Source: Candidatus Latescibacterota bacterium
Lineage (GTDB): Bacteria > Latescibacterota > UBA2968 > GCA-2709665
Direction: 5' to 3'
NCBI GenBank assembly: GCA_965116875.1
Contig: OZ220733.1
Span: 2,784,001-2,848,000 of the forward strand
DNA: 64,000 nt
The position numbers and the translations under genes are program-made. Position 1 is the first letter of the stretch. Each line of letters opens with the position of its first letter. A model generated the notes under the pieces. The model made no database searches. It saw nothing but the letters and a program-made list of their open reading frames with translations, and was not told the origin of the DNA. Positions 57,349 to 64,000 of this stretch are shown here, piece by piece.

Positions 57349-58374
57349 CTATGCCGGTTTTCGGGCGTGGACGAAGTACATCGGCGTGAAGATTCCCAGC
57401 CGACCCGCTTCGACCATGGCTTCCGCACAGAGGTCCAGAGTTTCCACAACGCGGACCGATCCATGCGGCGCCACGCGGGTCGCCTCGAGCGCCTTAAGGG
57501 TATTCCTGGTGATCCAGCGCCCGAACCTCGATCTGCGAAAACCTGCCAGAGAAAAACCGGAACCGATCAGCGGTTGATACCAGGGGATGGACGGACCACT
57601 CTGGATCGAAAGATCCCGAACTTCCAATAACTCAAAGCCAACCGTTCGAAGCGCTTGATCGACCGTGTGCGTGTCGTCGATTACGAACAGGCTGCCTCCC
57701 AGCTGGATGTCGGCCTTGATTCTGAGATGGTGGGGATCGCCGACGTCGAAACGGTCGGTCAAGCAGTATTGGTAACCGCCAAAGCATCCGCCCGGTTTCA
57801 GAAGACGAAAGATCTCGCCATAGATGCTGAGTTTATCCGGTGCATGGCAGGTCGCCTCGATATCGTAGACAGCGTCGAACGACTCGTCCGGGGCGTCCAC
57901 GTTCAGGAAGTCGCATTGCAGGAACTCGACCTGGTGCGTCAGGCCCGCTTCTTCCGTGCGTTTCCGGGCGCGTTCGAGTTGATAGGCATTGATGTTTACC
58001 CCGACGATCCTGGCGCCGGAAAAGCGTGCGATCTCCAGTAACGGCCCGCCAACGCCGCAACCCACGTCGGCAACGACCATCCCGGTTTTGAGTCCGAGTA
58101 CCTGCGCCAGATGGCGTTGGTGGCGTACAAGCGATGCCTCGAAGCTCTCTCCCGGGACACGCGGGGCAAAGTGAAATGATCTGCCCCATCCGTATTCATA
58201 GAAGTCCGTAACCAGATCGTAGTAGAGAACGCTGACTTTCCTGTCGTCGCTGTCGTCATTCCCCGCGACGGCTTCCCTGGCCATCCTGAAACCTTCCTCG
58301 TATTCGCGGATGGTCTGTTGGGCGCCGGAATTGTCCTGTTTGTGTTTCAGGTCTCTTGAGAGTTTGACTGGCAT
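57349..58374 (-). CDS. smt: Sterol 24-C-methyltransferase (ERG6/SMT family)
   Basis: YYDLVTDFYEYGWGRSFHFAP, DVGCGVGGP, IEATCHAP, LLKPGG, C-terminal GIFTPMYF..ARKP. Confidence 0.9.
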   Translation of the reverse strand: MPVKLSRDLKHKQDNSGAQQTIREYEEGFRMAREAVAGNDDSDDRKVSVLYYDLVTDFYEYGWGRSFHFAPRVPGESFEASLVRHQRHLAQVLGLKTGMVVADVGCGVGGPLLEIARFSGARIVGVNINAYQLERARKRTEEAGLTHQVEFLQCDFLNVDAPDESFDAVYDIEATCHAPDKLSIYGEIFRLLKPGGCFGGYQYCLTDRFDVGDPHHLRIKADIQLGGSLFVIDDTHTVDQALRTVGFELLEVRDLSIQSGPSIPWYQPLIGSGFSLAGFRRSRFGRWITRNTLKALEATRVAPHGSVRVVETLDLCAEAMVEAGRLGIFTPMYFVHARKPA

Positions 58375-58487
58375 CGAATTGCTCCCCGGCGCGTTCTTTC
58401 GGTTTTATGGCCCGTGGCACGGAATCCGGAGACCGGACGGCCTTCCTTTCCGAAATGTAAACGAAAAATAGGCCGCCCGCCATAGAG

Positions 58488-58528
58488 AAAAAAATCGGCG
58501 CCTTGTATCGGAAACACAGGGCGCCGAT
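58488..58528 (-). terminator. Intrinsic terminator (minus strand)
   Basis: Stem atcggcgcc...ggcgccgat followed by a T-run on the minus strand. Confidence 0.65.
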
Positions 58529-58602
58529 ATCGCTACAAAGTCGCTCGCTGAAACGCACTCATGGGTTCAAACCGCACCTTCGCGACCTGCCCCGGTCCCT
58601 TC

Positions 58603-58800
58603 CTAATATTCCTGGATATCCACTTTCTCGCGAAACGCTGTCAGGTCGAGGTCTCCCCGGCTATAGGCATCGACATCCTGCTTCTTGACCTTCAGCACTA
58701 AGCTACGTTGTTTTAGCTTGCTGCTGCGTAATCCTACAAGGAAGCGAACTTCAACTACGATGTATTCATCACCCGCGGACTCGTCCTGATCACGGGTATG
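58603..58800 (-). pseudogene. Orphan C-terminal fragment of a hypothetical protein
   Basis: Protein-like tail EYIVVEVRF...LVLKVKKQDVDAYSRGDLDLTAFREKVDIQEY* followed by a terminator; no convincing start or RBS. Confidence 0.4.
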
Positions 58801-58993
58801 TGTCAGGATACCGATTGACATCATAAGGGATTTTAATCATGGTTGGATCATGATGAAGAATAGCGGGTCGCTCGTGTATGTTTTCAGTCTGTATCGTCAT
58901 CAGAACACTCGCGGCACAACCGACGCAACGAGCCGTCTGAGCGCATCCCCGAATCACAATTTCGGGGAAATGCGGGATAACAGGAGAACGTGA

Positions 58994-59773
58994 ATGAAAT
59001 CGGATTTGCGGAAGGAATATGATGACAAGGGATTCTGCATCGCGAGCGGGGCGATAGACGCGGGTCTGGCGGCAGAAACGGTCGATCACGTGCGGTGGCT
59101 GGTCAAGAGGCATCCCGAAACACGGCCCGAGAAATTGCACCATCGTCTGCTTGTGGACGATCCGTTTATGCACCGGCTGGTCTGCGACGACCGGCTGCTG
59201 GATATCGCGGCACAGTTCATCGGACCCAACGTGGCCATGTTCGGCGCCCACTATATCGCCAAGAAGCCCGAGACCGGGCAGGCCGTGCGATGGCACCAGG
59301 ACGGATCCTACTGGCCGCTGGAGCCGATGGAAGTGACAACGCTTTGGGTCGCGGGAACCGATTCCACCGTTGAAAACGGGTGCATGCGGGTCTTGCCGGG
59401 GACGCACACCCGGAAACTGTTGAAGGCCTCGGAGATGGTGGAACTGGACACCAAAAAGTACGTTCTCGGAATCGGTATGCGTCCCGATCAGATCGACGAG
59501 GCGGATGCCGTGGACGTGGAACTCAAAGCGGGGGATATTTCCATCCACCACCCCAATATCATCCACGGCTCCAACTACAATACGTCGGACCAGTGGCGGG
59601 TGGGGCTCACCCTTCGCTATATTCCCACCAGCACTCACGTCACACGGAAGGAACAGCGGTCCATCCTGTGCCGGGGGGCGCCGATCCCCGAGGTCGGAAA
59701 CTTCTATGTGCCGCGGCCGAAATACGTCGAAGGAAAACACATGGCCTTTGCGGGGTGTGAGGCGTGGGTGTAG
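58994..59773 (+). CDS. PhyH-family Fe(II)/2-oxoglutarate dioxygenase
   Basis: WHQDGSYW, ENGCMRVLPGTH, AGD.S.H...IHGS..N...RVGLTLRY; AGGAG RBS. Confidence 0.9.
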   Translation: MKSDLRKEYDDKGFCIASGAIDAGLAAETVDHVRWLVKRHPETRPEKLHHRLLVDDPFMHRLVCDDRLLDIAAQFIGPNVAMFGAHYIAKKPETGQAVRWHQDGSYWPLEPMEVTTLWVAGTDSTVENGCMRVLPGTHTRKLLKASEMVELDTKKYVLGIGMRPDQIDEADAVDVELKAGDISIHHPNIIHGSNYNTSDQWRVGLTLRYIPTSTHVTRKEQRSILCRGAPIPEVGNFYVPRPKYVEGKHMAFAGCEAWV

Positions 59774-60000
59774 TCCGGGTTCACGGGATTGAGGATATCT
59801 GGGGACCGAGGGCGCCTGCCCGCGGCGGGGAATGTGCGGAGCCGTGCCGCGGTAGCCACGAATGCCGTTCCCGGGAGCGAGGGCAGAGATGTCCTCGACG
59901 GCGAATGCGATAGGCCGTGGCGCCAACGTTTCTATGAATCCGGGCGATAGATCCGACGAGTAACCGCTGTTCTCCCACAATATCTCGAGTCAACTTTCCG

Positions 60001-63000
60001 ATGAAACTGGAAGATCTCAAGCCGGACACGACCGTCCGCGGCATCGTTCCCGACGGCGTCGTGACCGTCGTAAACGTGCAATGGCACGGCTCCGGAGCGC
60101 TTACACTGATCTACCGTCCTTCCTCCGGACAGGTTGCCGAGGAGATTCTCTACCGGCACGACGAGGCTCGGCTCGAGATCGTCGAGCACGGCCGCCCTTG
60201 GAGTTTCGACGGGGACGGCGCGTTGTTCCGTCTCGTGTCCGAAGCTTACCGCATCCGTCTCGCCCACCTTTTCGATCCTGTCCTGGCTGTCCATACCTCG
60301 CTGGTAGAGCCGCTCCCGCACCAGATCACGGCGGTATATGAGGCCATGCTGCCCCGCCAACCGCTGCGTTTCCTGCTGGCGGACGATCCCGGCGCCGGAA
60401 AAACAATCATGGCCGGCCTGTTGATGAAGGAACTCGTCGCCCGCGGCGATCTCAGGCGGTGCCTGGTGGTATGCCCCGGAAGCCTCGCGGAGCAGTGGCA
60501 GGACGAACTGTACCGGCGTTTCAACCTCCCCTTCGAGATTCTGACGAACGATAAGCTTGACGCCGCCCGTACCGGCAATTGGTTCCTCGAAAACGACCTC
60601 GCCATCGCACGGTTGGACAAACTCGCCCGCAACGAGGACCTGCAGGACAAGCTGGGCGCACGTGACTGTCGCTATGACCTCGTCGTCTGCGACGAAGCGC
60701 ACAAGATGTCGGCAACCTTTTTCGGAGGCGAGGTGAGATACACCAAACGCTACAGACTTGGGCAACTGCTATCCAATCTCACCCGTCACTTCTTGCTGAT
60801 GACGGCCACACCGCATAACGGCAAGGAAACGGACTTTCAACTCTTTCTCGCCCTTCTGGACGGCGACCGTTTCGAAGGACGATTTCGGGACGGCGTTCAC
60901 CAGGTGGAGGTTTCCGATCTGATGCGCCGTATGGTGAAAGAGAACCTGCTCAAGTTCGACGGACGCCCGTTGTTCCCCGAACGCATCGCGTATTCCGTGC
61001 CATACAAGCTGACCGACGCCGAAGCCCGGCTGTACAAAGAGGTGACGGACTACGTCCGTGAAGAGTTCAATCGCGCGGAGGCGTTGCAAAGCGATACTCG
61101 TGCGGGCACCGTAGGCTTTGCACTCACCATCCTGCAGCGGCGCCTGGCATCCTCACCCGAGGCGATTCACCAGTCGCTGAGGCGGCGGCGTGAACGGCTT
61201 GAAAGTCGCCTTCGAGAACTGAGTCTGCTGCAACGCGGCGCGGGGCAATCGGAAGCGATCCCGCAGTCCGGTCCGTTATTCGATGCCGAAGACGTAGAGG
61301 ACCTGGACGACGCCCCTTACGAAGAGGTAGAGGCCACGGAGTCCCGCTTGCTGGACGAGGCGACGGCGGCCGGCACGATCGCCGAATGGAAGGCGGAGAT
61401 TACTTCGCTCAAGCGCCTGGAGAGCATAGCAGCCGGAATCCTGAAAAGCGGCGAAGATACAAAGTGGCGCGAACTGTCCAACCTGCTGGGAGAGATATTC
61501 ACTCAGGCCGGTCTGGGCGCCCCGGCTGGTGAGAAGGCCGAACCGTACGGCAGCGGCGCCATCCCGCCGCCGGTACCGTCGGCGAGCCAGAAACTGGTCA
61601 TCTTCACCGAGCACCGCGACACGTTGAATTATCTCGAGCGGCGCATTGCGACACTCCTTGGGCGGCCTTCGGGCATCGTCACCATTCACGGGAGCATGGG
61701 GCGCGAGGATCGCCGCAAGGCTCAGGAGGCGTTTCTCCACGATCCGCTTGTGCGGGTGCTGCTGGCCACGGACGCTGCTGGCGAGGGTATCAACCTTCAG
61801 CGCGCCCACCTGATGGTGAACTACGATCTGCCGTGGAATCCGAACCGTATCGAACAGCGGTTTGGGCGCATCCACCGCATCGGTCAAACTGAGGTCTGTC
61901 ATCTCTGGAATCTGATAGCGGAAGAGACCCGGGAAGGTGACGTGTACCGGACCCTGCTGGACAAGCTCGAGCAGGCACGAAGCGCCCTGGGCGGCCAGGT
62001 CTTCGACGTGCTCGGTAGAATCCAGTTCGATGGTCGCCCGTTAAGAGAACTGCTGATTGAGGCGATCCGCTACGGCGAGCAGCCTGAAGTGCGTGCACGG
62101 CTTTCCGAGGCGGTCAGCGATGCAGTAGACCAGCCGCATCTACAGGAACTGATCGAGGAGAGGGCCCTCGCCCATGACGCAATGGATTCGACCCGGGTCG
62201 CGAGGGTGCGAGAGGAGATGGAACGCGCCGAGGCAAGGCGATTGCAGCCGCATTATATAGAGTCGTTCTTCCTGGAAGCGTTCAGACGACTCGGCGGTGC
62301 GGCGCGACGCCGCGAACCGGGCCGGTACGGGATTACGCACGTCCCGGCAACTGTGCGCAACCGCGACCGGCAGATCGGCCTTGGCGAACCCGTTCTTGCG
62401 CGCTACGAACGCATCGCATTCGATAAGAAACACCTTACGCCGCAGGGGCAGACGCCCGCCGCGTTCGTCTGCCCGGGACATCCCTTGCTCGATGCCGTTC
62501 TCGACCTCACATTGGAACGCCACCGCGACCTCCTGCAGCGCGGCGCCGTGCTCGTGGACGAACGGGACCCGGGCATGGAAACGCGGGTCATCTTCTCGCT
62601 GGAGCATGCAATTAAAGACGCGAGTGTCGTGCCGAGCGGCGAGGGTCGCGTTATTTCACGCCGGACGCTATACGTGGAGATCAATCCCGCCGGTGTGAAA
62701 CGCCGTCTCGACTACGCGCCGTACCTCGATTATCGGCCGCTGGCGGACCACGATCCGGGTGTAGCCGACATCCTGGCACGACCCGAGTGCGGATGGATCA
62801 CCCGTGAGCTGGAGCAGCAGGCGCGGGAAGAGGCCATCGCCGGGATCGTACCGAAACACCTCGGTGAAGTTCGGGACCGGCGCCTCACTCTTGTTGCGAA
62901 AACCCGCGCGGCGGTGAAGGAGCGGCTGACCAAGGAGATGTCGCACTGGGACCACCGCGCACAGGAGTTGAAGCTCCAGGAAGAAGTCGGCAAGGCCGGG

Positions 63001-63573
63001 GCAGGGCTTAACTCACGCGAGGCCCAAAGGCGGGCCGATGACTTGCAGGAACGCCTCCACCAACGCATGGCCCAACTCGAACGCGAGGAAAAAATCTCCG
63101 CGCTTCCACCCTCCGTCATCGGCGGGCTTGTGGTGGTACCCATGGGACTTCTGGCTGACATGACTGGAACCTCCGCGCCCCGGCGCCCCATCGACACCCA
63201 GAAGTCGGCGGCAAAAGCCCGTGCCATCATAATGGAAGTCGAGCGCGGCCTTGGATTCGAGCCCGTTGATCGCGAGACCGAACGCCTCGGCTATGACATC
63301 GAGAGTCGCGTTCCTGGAACCGGAAAGCTCCGGTTTATCGAAGTGAAAGGCCGACAATCCGGCGAAGATTCGGTTACCGTAACGAGAAACGAGATTCTCA
63401 CCGCACTGAACAAACCGGACGACTTCATCCTCGGCATCGTCGAATTCCTGGATGGCGGCGACCATCACGTACACTACCTGCGCCGGCCCTTCCAAAAGGA
63501 GCCGGATTTCGACGTAACCAGCGTCAACTACAAACTGAAAGAGTTGATCAAGCGGGCAGGGAAACCGGCCTGA
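60001..63573 (+). CDS. SNF2-family helicase with C-terminal DUF3883 (PD-(D/E)xK-like) domain; probable defence-system component
   Basis: PLPHQ, LADDPGAGKT, DEAH, TATPHNG, QRRLASS, ATDAAGEGINLQ, QRFGRIHRIGQ; C-terminal GYDIES...FIEVKG...VTRNE. Confidence 0.9.
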   Translation: MKLEDLKPDTTVRGIVPDGVVTVVNVQWHGSGALTLIYRPSSGQVAEEILYRHDEARLEIVEHGRPWSFDGDGALFRLVSEAYRIRLAHLFDPVLAVHTSLVEPLPHQITAVYEAMLPRQPLRFLLADDPGAGKTIMAGLLMKELVARGDLRRCLVVCPGSLAEQWQDELYRRFNLPFEILTNDKLDAARTGNWFLENDLAIARLDKLARNEDLQDKLGARDCRYDLVVCDEAHKMSATFFGGEVRYTKRYRLGQLLSNLTRHFLLMTATPHNGKETDFQLFLALLDGDRFEGRFRDGVHQVEVSDLMRRMVKENLLKFDGRPLFPERIAYSVPYKLTDAEARLYKEVTDYVREEFNRAEALQSDTRAGTVGFALTILQRRLASSPEAIHQSLRRRRERLESRLRELSLLQRGAGQSEAIPQSGPLFDAEDVEDLDDAPYEEVEATESRLLDEATAAGTIAEWKAEITSLKRLESIAAGILKSGEDTKWRELSNLLGEIFTQAGLGAPAGEKAEPYGSGAIPPPVPSASQKLVIFTEHRDTLNYLERRIATLLGRPSGIVTIHGSMGREDRRKAQEAFLHDPLVRVLLATDAAGEGINLQRAHLMVNYDLPWNPNRIEQRFGRIHRIGQTEVCHLWNLIAEETREGDVYRTLLDKLEQARSALGGQVFDVLGRIQFDGRPLRELLIEAIRYGEQPEVRARLSEAVSDAVDQPHLQELIEERALAHDAMDSTRVARVREEMERAEARRLQPHYIESFFLEAFRRLGGAARRREPGRYGITHVPATVRNRDRQIGLGEPVLARYERIAFDKKHLTPQGQTPAAFVCPGHPLLDAVLDLTLERHRDLLQRGAVLVDERDPGMETRVIFSLEHAIKDASVVPSGEGRVISRRTLYVEINPAGVKRRLDYAPYLDYRPLADHDPGVADILARPECGWITRELEQQAREEAIAGIVPKHLGEVRDRRLTLVAKTRAAVKERLTKEMSHWDHRAQELKLQEEVGKAGAGLNSREAQRRADDLQERLHQRMAQLEREEKISALPPSVIGGLVVVPMGLLADMTGTSAPRRPIDTQKSAAKARAIIMEVERGLGFEPVDRETERLGYDIESRVPGTGKLRFIEVKGRQSGEDSVTVTRNEILTALNKPDDFILGIVEFLDGGDHHVHYLRRPFQKEPDFDVTSVNYKLKELIKRAGKPA

Positions 63574-63605
63574 CGGGAGGGAAATCGCTTCGGCCAAATC
63601 GGTTC

Positions 63606-63644
63606 TTGACAATTTCTGATAAAAACGTTACCTTTTAGGTAACG
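63606..63644 (+). promoter_or_regulatory. Promoter with overlapping palindromic operator
   Basis: TTGACA-17 nt-TACCTT; inverted repeat cgttacct-ttt-aggtaacg (63626-63644). Confidence 0.5.
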
Positions 63645-63694
63645 AAAATAAATACTCTCACGAAGTATTCGTCAAGAAACGAAAGGTGGAACCG

Positions 63695-63952
63695 ATGCGA
63701 AAGAAGCGAAGAGACACATTCACCTACGACCTCAAACGAGGCCAGAAAGTCGTGTACCGCGGTTCGACCAAGAATCCGAGGGCGCGTGCGCAGATGCATA
63801 AAGCTGAAGGGAAGCAATTTGACCGGTTGGTCGTAACGTCCGGTCGAATGACAGAATCGGGAGCAAAGAAGAAAGAAGCTGCGAAACTCAAGACGTATCG
63901 AAAGGGACACGGCGGAAGGAATCCACAGTACAATAAGACTCGCCGCGGATGA
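63695..63952 (+). CDS. Small basic GIY-YIG-like protein
   Basis: TFTY...VVYRGST.NP..R...H, helix Glu (KKEA), C-terminal NPQYNK. Confidence 0.6.
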   Translation: MRKKRRDTFTYDLKRGQKVVYRGSTKNPRARAQMHKAEGKQFDRLVVTSGRMTESGAKKKEAAKLKTYRKGHGGRNPQYNKTRRG

Positions 63953-64000
63953 GTGTTCGACAGATTTGCCTGTGTGCATCGTCGGCGTACAACTAGCTCG

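Noticed and set aside
34664-59773. PhyH proteins as halogenases or part of a biosynthetic cluster
   Set aside because: All keep the HxD carboxylate, and no NRPS, PKS or carrier proteins are present.
1-64000. tRNA, rRNA, riboswitch, reverse transcriptase/DGR, prophage
   Set aside because: No recognisable signatures by eye. A covariance-model search was not possible, so small RNAs cannot be excluded.

Overview
GC-rich bacterial window, almost all on the + strand. It is dominated by a putative polyanionic-glycan (glycosaminoglycan/uronate-like) catabolic region. That region has seven complete heparinase II/III / oligo-alginate-lyase-like genes. Three of them, plus a fourth gene cut by the left edge, belong to one paralogous family ending in an FG-GAP/PQQ-like beta-propeller. 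It also has four Gfo/Idh/MocA oxidoreductases, three PhyH-type dioxygenases, an Asp-box sialidase-like protein, and an uncharacterised membrane trio: DUF6785/6784-like permease, FtsX-like permease fused to a degenerate M28 domain, second DUF6785/6784-like permease. Other genes: two tandem permuted SpoIVB(S55)-like proteins with dockerin-like EF-hand modules, an orphan DNA methyltransferase, a BrnT/BrnA toxin-antitoxin pair between REP hairpins, a minus-strand three-gene island between ~215-bp direct repeats, a eukaryote-type sterol C-24 methyltransferase, and the start of a SNF2-helicase defence locus. Duplicated gene-end relics flank two apparently inserted genes. The gene content suggests a Latescibacterota-like host-associated (e.g. 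sponge) bacterium; this is inference. No rRNA, tRNA, CRISPR array or transposase was seen. All family calls come from motifs recognised by eye, not from database searches.
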